Of a DNA stretch of 64,000 nucleotides, positions 37,619 to 47,538 are shown in pieces. Origin of the DNA: a virus. The stretch is taken from positions 65,799-129,798 of IMG/VR virus record IMGVR_UViG_3300005337_000003. The stretch is one strand, 5' to 3'. The notes under the pieces were generated by a model. The model saw only the letters and a program-made list of their open reading frames with translations, had not been told where the DNA came from and did no database searches. Positions within the stretch are counted from its first letter, which is position 1; each line of letters begins with the position of its first letter. Position numbers and translations under genes: made by a program.

Positions 37619-38317
37619 ATGGGATGTGATATACACATGTTTTGCGAGATCCGCTTTCACAAAGAGGGAAAATGGCAGGAAGTCGGAAAGATTTTCAAAA
37701 ACAAATACCACAAGCCGGGCAAAGAAAATGTGGTTGATGAGGATGGCTATGAGTGGAATCCTGAATTTGTAAGAACTCCCTATGATATCCGGAATTACGA
37801 TTTATTTGCTATACTCGCTGATGTAAGGAATGGCCGTGGGTTTGCTAGCATAAAGACCGGCGAAGGGTTCGTACCAATCTGTGAGCCAAAGGGTCTGCCA
37901 AAAGATGTATCGGAATTTATCCGGGAACAATCCGACAGATGGGATGGAGACGGACATTCTCATAGTTTTTTAACAGTTCAAGAACTAAAAGATTATGATT
38001 GGGATCAAACCACAGTACTCAGAGGCAGTATACCGTTTGAGGACTGGAAAAAGCTTCATGTCGCTAAAAAGTGTCCAGAAGCTTATTGTGGGGCCATTTC
38101 GGGCCCAGGAATTGTAACGATAGACGAAACAACAGCCTCACTGATTCTGGACGGCAAAATCCCTAAAGATCTGGAGGGGAAAAGGATCTACGTGGATTAT
38201 TATTGGTCGGAAACCTATCGCAGCTGCTGTGATTTCTTCGTTGAAGAAACAATTCCGGAACTTGAAAAGCTAGGAGATCCAAAAGATGTGAGAATAGTGT
38301 TTTGGTTTGATAATTAG
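37619..38317 (+). CDS. Conserved hypothetical phage protein
   Basis: MGCDIH...RNYDLFAILADVRN...DGHSHS...RIVFWFDN. Confidence 0.75.
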   Translation: MGCDIHMFCEIRFHKEGKWQEVGKIFKNKYHKPGKENVVDEDGYEWNPEFVRTPYDIRNYDLFAILADVRNGRGFASIKTGEGFVPICEPKGLPKDVSEFIREQSDRWDGDGHSHSFLTVQELKDYDWDQTTVLRGSIPFEDWKKLHVAKKCPEAYCGAISGPGIVTIDETTASLILDGKIPKDLEGKRIYVDYYWSETYRSCCDFFVEETIPELEKLGDPKDVRIVFWFDN

Positions 38318-38447
38318 ATAAAAATTAACAAATAGCGGCATAGTAATCCTTTCTAACTTCCTAAACGTCAATACTAAAAACAACAAGCTTAAGCTGGATG
38401 CGTCAAGAAGGGGCTAAAACGTAAACAAAGAACGTCAAAAAAAGAGA

Positions 38448-39152
38448 TCAGAAGGACCAGGAATTCGGCAGCATCCTCATCACCCGCCCATAACGGTCCT
38501 GGTAGTGGTGCTTAAGGCAGGCAGATTCGGCAAATTGCAGAGCGCGGGAATTCCCGGTCAGTATGACCAGGGGTGCGTTCTTGATTTTCCGGGCTTTGCC
38601 TGCTTTGAGTAGCTTTTTCATGAAGTAGACCGCCGAGGTCTTCTTGGTCCCCAGGTGGGCCCCAATCCGCTTATAGGAGGCATAATACGTCGTTACACCA
38701 GGTAGCAGGGTAAACCTGCCGTGCTTTCTCTCCCGTCTCCGGGCGGATGCGTCATATCGGTCCGACTGTTGCCTCAAATGATCGAATTGTGCCTTTTTGC
38801 ACTTTAGGATCTCGTACTTTAAAATATCAATAACCTCCCGCAGGGTTTTCACATTCCGGGGTATTATAAACCCGATGCGGGATCTGCTCACGGTAATATC
38901 ATCAGCCAGGTCGTGCAGCTTGCGGAAGCAATAGTTGCCATTATGGTGTCTGACAAGGCCTGCCTTCTCTGCCCGCGCCAGGTATTTACGTACGCTGGCA
39001 GCTGAGATGCCCAGGGACTTGCCCATCTTACGCAGGGAGCCTGCATACAGGCAGGAATTGACAAACCTGAGCTTAAGGAACACGCATAGACCTAAAGCCT
39101 TCAGACCACCGCCTGAGGCAAAGTGTTCTATAAGGCGATAGGTTATACGCAT
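38448..39152 (-). CDS. HTH DNA-binding (Rep-like?) protein, antisense to its neighbours
   Basis: SLRKMGKSLGISAASVRKYL and a second HTH-like block. Confidence 0.65.
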   Translation of the reverse strand: MRITYRLIEHFASGGGLKALGLCVFLKLRFVNSCLYAGSLRKMGKSLGISAASVRKYLARAEKAGLVRHHNGNYCFRKLHDLADDITVSRSRIGFIIPRNVKTLREVIDILKYEILKCKKAQFDHLRQQSDRYDASARRRERKHGRFTLLPGVTTYYASYKRIGAHLGTKKTSAVYFMKKLLKAGKARKIKNAPLVILTGNSRALQFAESACLKHHYQDRYGRVMRMLPNSWSF

Positions 39153-39374
39153 AGGTGTATCCTGGAGAGGGTTAAAGTGTTGCGCAGTTTAACGACTCGT
39201 AAGAAAAAACAAAAACGGATACACCCGGACTGTTAATGTGTTTCATATTTTTGTTTTTTCATATTACATTCGTAACTGCGCAGTGTGAAGATAAGTAACC
39301 TTTAGGATCAAAATAGCTCTACACAAAAATAATTTCGTACTAATAACCAATAAATTACGTAAAAAAGAATAAAA

Positions 39375-40235
39375 ATGGCTAAAAAAGACAAGAGAGAGCC
39401 TATTATAGGCTACAAGGTATTTAATTCAGACTTAACGTGTCGTGGATTTCAATTTGAGATAGGTAAGAGTTACAAACACACAGGCGAGTTAAAGATATGT
39501 AACAGTGGATTCCACTTCTGCCTTAATGCATCACATTGTTTCTCATATTATAGCTTCGACCTTAAAAATGCAGTTTGCGAGGTAGAGGCCCTGGGGGACA
39601 TTCAAACACACAGTGAGGATTCAAAAGTTGTGACTAATCACATTAAGATCATCCGTCAGCTGACCTGGGATGAGGTATTAAAAGTTTCCAATGAAGGAAC
39701 TGGCAATACTGGACACGGCAACGCCGGTAATGACAACGCCGGTAATCGCAACGCCGGTAATCGCAACGCCGGTAATCGCAACGCCGGTAATTACAACGCC
39801 GGTAATCGCAACGCCGGTTATGGCAACGCCGGTAATGACAACGCCGGTAATTACAACGCCGGTAATCGCAACGCCGGTTATGGCAACGCCGGTAATGACA
39901 ACGCCGGAGCGTTTAACACTACCGAATCATTCAGAATGTTTAACAAGCAATCTAAATGGACATTTGAAGATTTCAGGAAATCGAAAGCATTTGAACTACT
40001 ACACACAATCGACACGACCATGTGGATAGCCTCCTACCAAATGTCAGAACAAGAAAAGAAGGATCATCCACACCATGTAACAACTGGTGGATATATTAAG
40101 AACATTCCATTTAAGGAAGCTTTCGTTAATAAATGGAATAATTGGAGTGAATCAAGTCAGGAGGCTTTTAAAAATCTGCCAGGTTTTGATTCTAAAGTAT
40201 TTGAGGAAGCCACAGGCGTTAAAGTAAAAAAATAA
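39375..40235 (+). CDS. Pentapeptide (NAGNx) repeat protein with DUF7666-like N-terminus
   Basis: GYKVFNSDLTCRGFQFEIG...GFHFC; NAGNR repeats. Confidence 0.8.
   Translation: MAKKDKREPIIGYKVFNSDLTCRGFQFEIGKSYKHTGELKICNSGFHFCLNASHCFSYYSFDLKNAVCEVEALGDIQTHSEDSKVVTNHIKIIRQLTWDEVLKVSNEGTGNTGHGNAGNDNAGNRNAGNRNAGNRNAGNYNAGNRNAGYGNAGNDNAGNYNAGNRNAGYGNAGNDNAGAFNTTESFRMFNKQSKWTFEDFRKSKAFELLHTIDTTMWIASYQMSEQEKKDHPHHVTTGGYIKNIPFKEAFVNKWNNWSESSQEAFKNLPGFDSKVFEEATGVKVKK
39720..39907 (+). repeat. 13 x 15-bp coding tandem repeat
   Basis: AACGCCGGT(A/T)AT-NNC units; 39781-39840 equals 39841-39900. Confidence 0.9.
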
Positions 40236-40586
40236 ATGAAAACAGTCACAAATCAAATCGAAGATTTACTCGAAAAAGCTAATTCGTTGGCTGAATACGA
40301 GGTAAATCGCCTCGCTCGGGAAGTACTGAAGAATAATCCGGAACTGGCGAGCTTCGTCATGGGAATGGGTAGTTATTTTTTCAGGGCTAATAAAGCTGCG
40401 TGCAGCTTATTTACCTTCGACGTAGGTAATATAATCCATACGTCTATGGGTGAAAATTTATCAATCTTGCGGAATATGACTGGCTATAAAGAACTGGAAG
40501 ACTTTATAGCCAGGTGGGACTACGAATTAAAGTTAACAGGATCTCCTATGATTCTTACAAGTAAAGAGATAGAAACAAATAGATAA
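40236..40586 (+). CDS. Hypothetical protein
   Basis: FVMGMGSYFF. Confidence 0.6.
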   Translation: MKTVTNQIEDLLEKANSLAEYEVNRLAREVLKNNPELASFVMGMGSYFFRANKAACSLFTFDVGNIIHTSMGENLSILRNMTGYKELEDFIARWDYELKLTGSPMILTSKEIETNR

Positions 40587-40588
40587 AT

Positions 40589-40969
40589 ATGAAAAAATTT
40601 GTAATCAAAAGTGTCGAGATAAGGATAGTGGAAGCCAATTATGAGAGTGGACAAATGCCGGAAACCGAGACTTCTCAATTCCCAACGTCGTTCAGAGGTG
40701 AAATGTTTAACACCGTCGAAGAATTAATATTAATTCTCGGTGAACCCACAATTAATAAGGAATGTTTTGTGGCTTTTGAGGATAGAATAATAGTCAGCTA
40801 TATGTGCGACGACCGCCAATTACCACTGTCTGCTCTTGAAGAGGAAGAGTGGAAAGCTGGCAGATTTGTAGCCTACCAAAAAACTATTGATGTTCAAGTG
40901 AGTGTTATCGAGGAATATAACGCTACTCAGAAAGAAATAGCAGAATTACTATTAATACAAAATTATTAA
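40589..40969 (+). CDS. Hypothetical protein
   Basis: 126 aa. Confidence 0.6.
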   Translation: MKKFVIKSVEIRIVEANYESGQMPETETSQFPTSFRGEMFNTVEELILILGEPTINKECFVAFEDRIIVSYMCDDRQLPLSALEEEEWKAGRFVAYQKTIDVQVSVIEEYNATQKEIAELLLIQNY

Positions 40970-40984
40970 ATCAAAAATGAAACC

Positions 40985-41359
40985 ATGCAAAAAGAGATAT
41001 TAACAGTAGAATTTCGTTACCAGGATGTGCCTAAAGATGAATATCTTGTCGATTATGTGACTAAGAGGATAACGATAGGCATATACGACACTTTGGAGGA
41101 GGCTGTTAGCGTAGGCAATCAGGTGATACAAATCCTGGCTGAAAAATTTAAGGTAAGGCCTGAGGATGATAATTTCAAACTTGTGTTCTTGTTCGGAAAT
41201 CCTAAAAGATTAGTATCTAATTGTTTTTATCCTACAAGGGGTATACAATTCTTTGCGAATATAACGCCACTAAAATTCGACAATCTGTCGGATACCATAG
41301 AAGAAGCTTTTAAAGCAGCCGACAGGTATGAAAAGTACAAGAAAGAAATAAATGAATAA
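40985..41359 (+). CDS. Hypothetical Bacteroidota phage protein
   Basis: LTVEFRY...TIGIYDTLEEA..GN. Confidence 0.65.
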   Translation: MQKEILTVEFRYQDVPKDEYLVDYVTKRITIGIYDTLEEAVSVGNQVIQILAEKFKVRPEDDNFKLVFLFGNPKRLVSNCFYPTRGIQFFANITPLKFDNLSDTIEEAFKAADRYEKYKKEINE

Positions 41360-41509
41360 CAATGGATGCAAGAACAATTTATTATTACTGGCGTATCTAT
41401 CGCCACTACCTTAGTCGCCACGGATTATTTGACGACAGCGATACTATTGGAAAAAGAAAAACTTCTTATTTTTTGCCTGGAGGCATATTAACTAAAAACT
41501 TAAAAGACA

Positions 41510-41923
41510 ATGATAAATAAAACACTAAAAGACCTCGTAATAAAAGAGGCAAAGAACCTCCGGAAGGCCGCAAGCCAGGAAGAATTACGTAAACTTAATT
41601 TTAGATCGCTACATCCCCAGTCCTCTAGTTTATGCATATACGGACAGATGACCGGGAGTTGTTGGTCGGGTAGGGCATTAGAGCTGATTCTATCGTGTGC
41701 AGAGGGGGTATATAAAGTGACACCTCGCATGGGTGATTACTTAGGAAATTCTGAACTCAGTGGTAAACCATATAAGCTACCCTCGGGTTTTACCAGGAAT
41801 GACAAATATTGCTCACCCATAGAAAAATTCATAGCATTAGCCAAAAGGACAGAGAGAGATATCTGGAATGAAGAACTGATTAAATACCTGCGGGGCGAGA
41901 TAAAAATCTTAAAATTCAAATAA
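41510..41923 (+). CDS. Hypothetical protein, paralog of 29223..29651
   Basis: CIYGQMTGSCWS...YCSPIE. Confidence 0.7.
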   Translation: MINKTLKDLVIKEAKNLRKAASQEELRKLNFRSLHPQSSSLCIYGQMTGSCWSGRALELILSCAEGVYKVTPRMGDYLGNSELSGKPYKLPSGFTRNDKYCSPIEKFIALAKRTERDIWNEELIKYLRGEIKILKFK

Positions 41924-42084
41924 AATGCAAATAGTGATAGTAATTAAGGACGGCAATATTGAGAAGATTCTGGCTGATTCCAAACGGGTTGAAGTATCGG
42001 TAATAGATGCAGATTTTGCTAATCCTCTAGCCTTTACTTATACTCCAGACGAAATCCTAACACCTGAGGCATTAAAGCATTTCA

Positions 42085-42471
42085 TTGATGGATATGAATA
42101 AGCATATTGAACTATTCAGTTCAGGGCTCTCGCTTCAGCGGGATCCCGATCTTGACTTTGGTCACCATTTCAAAGGGTACGGTATACACGATTCCTGGGT
42201 AAATATAAAAATGTGGGCCCATGGCCAGCAAGCTATTATACTGATCACCAACGGCGAAGGCACAAGCGTTACCAATGCAGCTGAGCAGATCTTAACGGAA
42301 GTATATAACAAGTCCATAAAGTACCAAAATTTCCACCATCTTAACTGCGTATGGATAGAGACCTACAATCCGCAGAAGGGAATAGACTTTATTATTCCCA
42401 AATGGGCATATAAAGGTCTGGAACCCATGGTGGAATCTGTAACGTGGAAACATTTAGGAAAACTATTATGA
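42085..42471 (+). CDS. Hypothetical protein
   Basis: GTSVTNAAE...WIETY. Confidence 0.6.
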   Translation: MMDMNKHIELFSSGLSLQRDPDLDFGHHFKGYGIHDSWVNIKMWAHGQQAIILITNGEGTSVTNAAEQILTEVYNKSIKYQNFHHLNCVWIETYNPQKGIDFIIPKWAYKGLEPMVESVTWKHLGKLL

Positions 42472-42698
42472 CAGAGGAGGAGTATAATGCGCTGCCAGAC
42501 TGCGAATACCAGTGTGAGCATGGCTGGCTGCCAGGTAAGTTTGTCCGACGAGCCTGGGCCTCGGTCAATGTAGCTATAAAGACCAAAACCTATGGTATCG
42601 TAATTACCAGGTATCTGGCCAGCAGAGTGCGTATAGGAGGGACTGTTCTGAGCAGGATCTCAGAATTTGATTTTACAAATCCATTTAAACCATTCTAA
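42468..42698 (+). CDS. Hypothetical protein
   Basis: MTEEEYNALP...GKFVRR. Confidence 0.5.
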   Translation: MTEEEYNALPDCEYQCEHGWLPGKFVRRAWASVNVAIKTKTYGIVITRYLASRVRIGGTVLSRISEFDFTNPFKPF

Positions 42699-42884
42699 AA
42701 AAATGAAAGCTAAAAAAATCCATATAGCAACCAACAGTAGAAAATACCGCGTGTTGCGCGCATCTGCATTAGATTATTACGTATGGGTTGAATTCCTGGA
42801 TGATCCAGGCAAAGAATACTTAGTCATGCACTACCAGTCTCAATAAGGGTGCGTTAAGCCCTTTTAACCTTAAAACACAGCAAA

Positions 42885-43073
42885 ATGAAAAAACCTTCGG
42901 TAAAACTAATTGGGGAAAATGGCAACACAATGAACTTACTGTCCATCTGCACTAGGGCACTTAAACGCGACGGACAGGCCGAAAAGGCACGGGAATTAAC
43001 CCAAAAAATATTCAACGCTGCGAGTTACAAGGATGCCTTAAAAATATTAGGCGAATACGTTAATATTAAATAA
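42885..43073 (+). CDS. Small phage protein
   Basis: VKLIGENGN...ASYKDAL. Confidence 0.65.
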   Translation: MKKPSVKLIGENGNTMNLLSICTRALKRDGQAEKARELTQKIFNAASYKDALKILGEYVNIK

Positions 43074-43108
43074 TGCTCCCCCTAACGCGGTGAATAACAT
43101 AAAAAACA

Positions 43109-43366
43109 ATGAATGTAAGTAAAAGCTATACTCTATTTAAAATTAAATATCGGGTTGAAATTAAATCCGACTCTATCATTCAAACAAAATGGTGCTTGCA
43201 AAATGATAGCGGAATTGGAAGTCCTGAATACACTATCTGCGGCTTGGCTACACCAGATTCCACACTTAAAATGGAAGATTTTGAGGCAACTGGACACAAA
43301 AGTGGTGGCACGATCACATGTCCCGATTGTTTGCGACATTTGAATTGGTGTAAAAAAGTAAAATAA
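43109..43366 (+). CDS. Small Zn-finger-like protein
   Basis: TICG...ITCPDC. Confidence 0.6.
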   Translation: MNVSKSYTLFKIKYRVEIKSDSIIQTKWCLQNDSGIGSPEYTICGLATPDSTLKMEDFEATGHKSGGTITCPDCLRHLNWCKKVK

Positions 43367-43385
43367 TAAATAAAAACTTATCAAA

Positions 43386-43790
43386 ATGAAAAAACCAGTA
43401 AACATGAGGTTGTGGTACCCAACAGAAAAACGAATGGTATATACAGGCATGATTACATTTGATTTGAGGGATTGTTCTTGGATGTGGGAAGGCAGACATG
43501 GTTCGTTCCATTCCCATTTTGGGGAGTTAATGTACGGTACAGGCATTATCATTATTCACAAAGGAAAAGAGCGTGAATTATTTGAGGGAGATATTATTCG
43601 TGTTGGAGGTAAAGAAGGAAATACGGTTGAAATTGTCAGAAATGAGCGTGGCGGCGGGTTTAATACTAAGCCAGAAATTACTTATGCCTCCTGGGGATGG
43701 GAAGAAACCATATGCGATCATTCAGATCGTATAGAATATCTCGGAAACGTTTTTGAAACTCCTGAATTGCAAACCTTCCCTGTTTCCTGA
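43386..43790 (+). CDS. yopX: YopX family protein
   Basis: LMYGTG...ELFEGDII...EYLGNVFETPEL. Confidence 0.75.
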   Translation: MKKPVNMRLWYPTEKRMVYTGMITFDLRDCSWMWEGRHGSFHSHFGELMYGTGIIIIHKGKERELFEGDIIRVGGKEGNTVEIVRNERGGGFNTKPEITYASWGWEETICDHSDRIEYLGNVFETPELQTFPVS

Positions 43791-43994
43791 TAAGTTCAGG
43801 GAACGCCTCCTAAGAGTAAGCGCCGAGAGATAATACGCTAAATACTCGGTATCTCTGCCCCCACCCGACATACAGCGGTGGGGGTTTGGAAAAAAGGTGA
43901 GACACTTGAAGATTTAAAATTATGGAAAACAGTCCGGTTTTAACCTTTGAATGTATGGCAAGTGAAATCAACTAAACTTTAACAGTTAAAAGAA

Positions 43995-44567
43995 ATGAAA
44001 ACAACTAAAACAATACACACAAACGCCGATATTTCTACAGAGTTAGCTAAGGGCATTGCTTTAAAGTTATTCCTAGATGAAGACTTCTTTATCATTGAGA
44101 ATGGCGAAGAAGTACTAGCGTTTGAGGGAGAGCTGAAAAAAGCTAAACAAAAATTTAAGGCCGCAGGTAACAAATCAGACGATTCATTTACGGAGTGGGC
44201 ATTAGAGAGCTTAATTAGAGTTACAGAAATTTTTAAAGATGAAGAATCCGATGGGTATATGGTGCTTACCGACGAAGAAGCGTATGAAAAAGCGGCGCAA
44301 AATATTGAAGATAGCCTGTGGGCATTTGACCCAAGTTTTTTATCTAATATGACTGGTATTGATATGTCAGTTTTTGAAGCAGTTCAAGCGAATGGGAAAT
44401 GCGAAGATAACAACGACGCCATTAGGAGTTGTATTGGTGATGTGGAGAACTTTGTTCAGGAGGCTATTGAAGCAGACGGACGAGGACACTTTATATCATC
44501 TTATGACGGGAAAGAACAAGAGCAAACAGTTAGCGATGTATTGTATTATATTTATCGACTGCGATAA
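43995..44567 (+). CDS. Hypothetical phage protein
   Basis: VLTDEEA...SLWAF...DGRGHFISSYDG. Confidence 0.7.
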   Translation: MKTTKTIHTNADISTELAKGIALKLFLDEDFFIIENGEEVLAFEGELKKAKQKFKAAGNKSDDSFTEWALESLIRVTEIFKDEESDGYMVLTDEEAYEKAAQNIEDSLWAFDPSFLSNMTGIDMSVFEAVQANGKCEDNNDAIRSCIGDVENFVQEAIEADGRGHFISSYDGKEQEQTVSDVLYYIYRLR

Positions 44568-44724
44568 TGGATAAAGTAATCATCTTGGAATGTCAAATCC
44601 AATACTGGCAGTCACGACAAAGTCATGCCTTCAGATCAACATTCGATTCGGAGCATTACATAAAAGTAATACAGGCCAAGGTGGATGCCTGCAATTCCAC
44701 CATTAATAAAGAGCACAAAAAGAC

Positions 44725-45030
44725 ATGAAGCCAGACTACGATAAAATGTACAGGATCCTCAAAGGCCCAAACGACCTGATGACTCAGCAGGCCCGCAGGA
44801 ATGCCTTATGGTTGAAAGCCCGGGCACAGGAGAGAATCAACCAGGCCAAACAGGAGATTCTCAACCGGTTCCTGGCTGACACATACCGACGTTATTTTCC
44901 AGATGCTACAGGAGAGTCATTGCCTATTATTACATCCCCTGTGATTGATAGTACGGTAGATATACCTACGATCCGATTTAATAAACATCAACTCTATGAA
45001 ATATTGGAGGAAAGTGGTATACTTGCCTGA
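44725..45030 (+). CDS. Hypothetical protein
   Basis: 101 aa. Confidence 0.55.
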   Translation: MKPDYDKMYRILKGPNDLMTQQARRNALWLKARAQERINQAKQEILNRFLADTYRRYFPDATGESLPIITSPVIDSTVDIPTIRFNKHQLYEILEESGILA

Positions 45031-45236
45031 TGTCATTCCCGGAACATAAGAAAGAACGCCTGGGCAAACTAATAAAAAAGCGGAACCGCAAGGCCTGGAC
45101 GGAGCAATCTATCCAGGCGTTGTTGGTAAAGCTGGAAAAACTATGGGACGGTAAACTAAAACCAGAGGATTTATATAGTCCAGGCGTAACATACCAGGAC
45201 CTGATAAGGGAGCTGGGCATACACAATGAATTATGA
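45030..45236 (+). CDS. Hypothetical protein
   Basis: Coupled ORF. Confidence 0.55.
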   Translation: MSFPEHKKERLGKLIKKRNRKAWTEQSIQALLVKLEKLWDGKLKPEDLYSPGVTYQDLIRELGIHNEL

Positions 45237-45574
45237 TACCTAAAAAAGCAATAGACCCTGAATTATTGGAAAGGTTTTCCATCCTCTTAAGGGAGCAAAA
45301 GGAACCCGCAGCCATAAAACAGGCACTGTCAATAAGCAACAATGACTATATCCGTTACCTTTCCGAGTACATTAAGGTAATGAAAGCAGCTACAAAAGTC
45401 AACAAGGTTCTATATAAAACACCCAGAGAAGAACAGGCAGCCGATACCTGGGAGAAAATTAATATCCTTATACAGTGTTACCAAAATACCAGTAAAATGG
45501 AAGACAGGATCCACTTCGAAAGGCACATCGACCACCTGGCAGAGTATTATGCCTCCTACCTTGTTCATCCTTAA
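45233..45574 (+). CDS. Hypothetical protein (possible HTH)
   Basis: Coupled ORF. Confidence 0.55.
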   Translation: MIPKKAIDPELLERFSILLREQKEPAAIKQALSISNNDYIRYLSEYIKVMKAATKVNKVLYKTPREEQAADTWEKINILIQCYQNTSKMEDRIHFERHIDHLAEYYASYLVHP

Positions 45575-45765
45575 AAATACAAACAATGGATACAAAAGAC
45601 AAAAAAGAAATATTGGAGCTATATATCCGGCAGGTCGATTCCCAAATATCAGAGCTGGAGGAGCTCAGATCAACGTTGGAGGAAAGGCTCAATAAGATTA
45701 AAGCTCAACACTTACTAAATAATACTGAATCTAGTATTAACTCAAAGACATAAAACATTAAAAAA

Positions 45766-45993
45766 ATGAAAGCACAATATATAAGTTTATGGGCAAATAA
45801 TGTAAGGGTAAGTACTTTATGTGAATACGAACCCCAAACCAATTTAGTTTTCAACATAGATACTGCTGATGTAGAGGGTTTGGAAATATTACTCAAAGAA
45901 TACGTAGAACTTCCAGACGGGACTCGTCTATTTACATTTACCTGCGAAGATGATCGAATTGTGATTAACGGCGAGGTACAAGAAGAGATTTAA
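45766..45993 (+). CDS. Hypothetical protein
   Basis: 75 aa. Confidence 0.55.
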   Translation: MKAQYISLWANNVRVSTLCEYEPQTNLVFNIDTADVEGLEILLKEYVELPDGTRLFTFTCEDDRIVINGEVQEEI

Positions 45994-46041
45994 TAAATTT
46001 TTAAGATTAGTGCAAAGTAAATCTATTAAGCGGGGAGAATA

Positions 46042-46072
46042 TTTGTAGGATTGCTGCAAAGTGGTATCTTTG
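46042..46072 (+). promoter_or_regulatory. Bacteroidota sigma-A-type promoter
   Basis: TTTG-N19-TATCTTTG, 5 nt before ATG 46078. Confidence 0.75.
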
Positions 46073-46077
46073 TGGCA

Positions 46078-46314
46078 ATGACAAAACTAATAACCAGAGG
46101 ATTCAAGTATAAGGGGTTCATGTTTGGCTATATTGGCCGGGGCCTATACCGGCTTCCTACCCAAATATATCGAAGGTCATACCCGTTGAAGAAGATTCCA
46201 ATGATCCAGGTAGGATCTCAAGGGAGGTTCGGATACCGGCTTATCCGGGACCGCAAATCCGAACAGCAAGTAAAACAAATGACCAGGAACTTTAAAAGAC
46301 CAATAGAAGTATGA
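46078..46314 (+). CDS. Small basic hypothetical protein
   Basis: GFKYKGFMFG...LYRLP. Confidence 0.6.
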   Translation: MTKLITRGFKYKGFMFGYIGRGLYRLPTQIYRRSYPLKKIPMIQVGSQGRFGYRLIRDRKSEQQVKQMTRNFKRPIEV

Positions 46315-46619
46315 ATTTAATAGATCTAAACATGGTAGCTCTCGTTCTGGAGAGCCTCAATGCAGAGATGATCTACAAGATCAACGACAATGAAGCAAAC
46401 CGCCCACCAACAGACTCAGTTATCTTCCTGACCACTGACGGTAAGAACCACATGGTATCTTTCATGGGGGATGCATTGTGGAACTCAGCCCAGGAGGAGC
46501 AATTAGAGGATACAATGTCAAGAGATCATCTCGATCTCAACGACAAGGAGCACTTCGAGACATTCATCCGCCAGGCGGTTAACTTTAAAATAAAGGAGTA
46601 TGACAATGTTACGCTCTAG
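46311..46619 (+). CDS. Hypothetical protein
   Basis: 102 aa. Confidence 0.6.
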   Translation: MNLIDLNMVALVLESLNAEMIYKINDNEANRPPTDSVIFLTTDGKNHMVSFMGDALWNSAQEEQLEDTMSRDHLDLNDKEHFETFIRQAVNFKIKEYDNVTL

Positions 46620-46923
46620 GGGCCGTTTATTCAACCCGCAGGATCAGGCAATCCTTGACGAGGACTTTATCCGCGCTATTGTGACGGTGCTGGAAATAAC
46701 TGATGATGGTGTGTTCGCTGTGATCCAGCTGGGCAATGAAAGACGTACAGTACCTACAGAAAGACTAACAACCTATAACCGAATATCACATGGAGAACGA
46801 AGGACAAATGGATCTGGTACACCCAGAACTGAACCAACTGGACGTAATACGGACAGCCGAGGCGATCGCCCTAAGAATAAAGGAGGGACAGGTAGATCCC
46901 CTGCAGGTCCTGGCAGCCTTTAA
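46600..46923 (+). CDS. Hypothetical protein (C-terminus overlaps the next gene)
   Basis: SH3-like N-terminus; low-complexity overlapping tail. Confidence 0.4.
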   Translation: MTMLRSRGRLFNPQDQAILDEDFIRAIVTVLEITDDGVFAVIQLGNERRTVPTERLTTYNRISHGERRTNGSGTPRTEPTGRNTDSRGDRPKNKGGTGRSPAGPGSL

Positions 46924-47263
46924 GCAGGTTGAAAAAATACAGGAAAAGATCAAGGAGACATTGCGAACCGCTGCCGTATCTGAAATGAGCAAATATGGCG
47001 AGAAGGAAGTAACAAAATATGGCATGACTTTCGAGCCTATGGAGGCAGGCGTAAGCTATGATTATTCCGTATGTAATGATCCTGAGTTAACGCAGTTACA
47101 GGAAGTACTGGCAAAGTACCAGGCAAAGCTGAAAACCCGTCAAACATTCTTACGGGCTCTTAAGGAGCCTGTAGAAATAGTGGATGAGGATACCGGGGAG
47201 ATAACAAAGCTGTATCCACCAGTTAAGACCTCAACATCAACAGTTAAATGTGTTATTAATTAA
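46790..47263 (+). CDS. Conserved Bacteroidota phage protein
   Basis: EAGVSYDYSVCND...DEDTGEI...PPVKTST. Confidence 0.75.
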   Translation: MENEGQMDLVHPELNQLDVIRTAEAIALRIKEGQVDPLQVLAAFKQVEKIQEKIKETLRTAAVSEMSKYGEKEVTKYGMTFEPMEAGVSYDYSVCNDPELTQLQEVLAKYQAKLKTRQTFLRALKEPVEIVDEDTGEITKLYPPVKTSTSTVKCVIN

Positions 47264-47265
47264 AA

Positions 47266-47538
47266 ATGGAAAATTTCGATAAACACTTTAAGAAGGCCGC
47301 TCTAAGTACGCTTATATTTGGTGCATTGCTAGCAGTTGCGACATTTGCGTCTTTGTCATACCTCTGTAGGTCCATAGAATCAGAAAAGGCTGAGATTGAA
47401 GCCAATATTGGAAAGAAAATAGTAGTGGAAAAAGATACACTGCTAGTTATTGACTACTCCAGAGTTTTTAAAACCTATAAGTTATCTAACGGCGTGGAGT
47501 ACAGTATAGACTTTGTTAAGCCCCGAATAATCAAATGA
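47266..47538 (+). CDS. Membrane-anchored protein
   Basis: N-terminal TM segment. Confidence 0.55.
   Translation: MENFDKHFKKAALSTLIFGALLAVATFASLSYLCRSIESEKAEIEANIGKKIVVEKDTLLVIDYSRVFKTYKLSNGVEYSIDFVKPRIIK

Noticed and set aside
39720-39907. CRISPR array or DGR template
   Set aside because: 15-bp in-frame coding units without spacers; no cas or reverse transcriptase in the window
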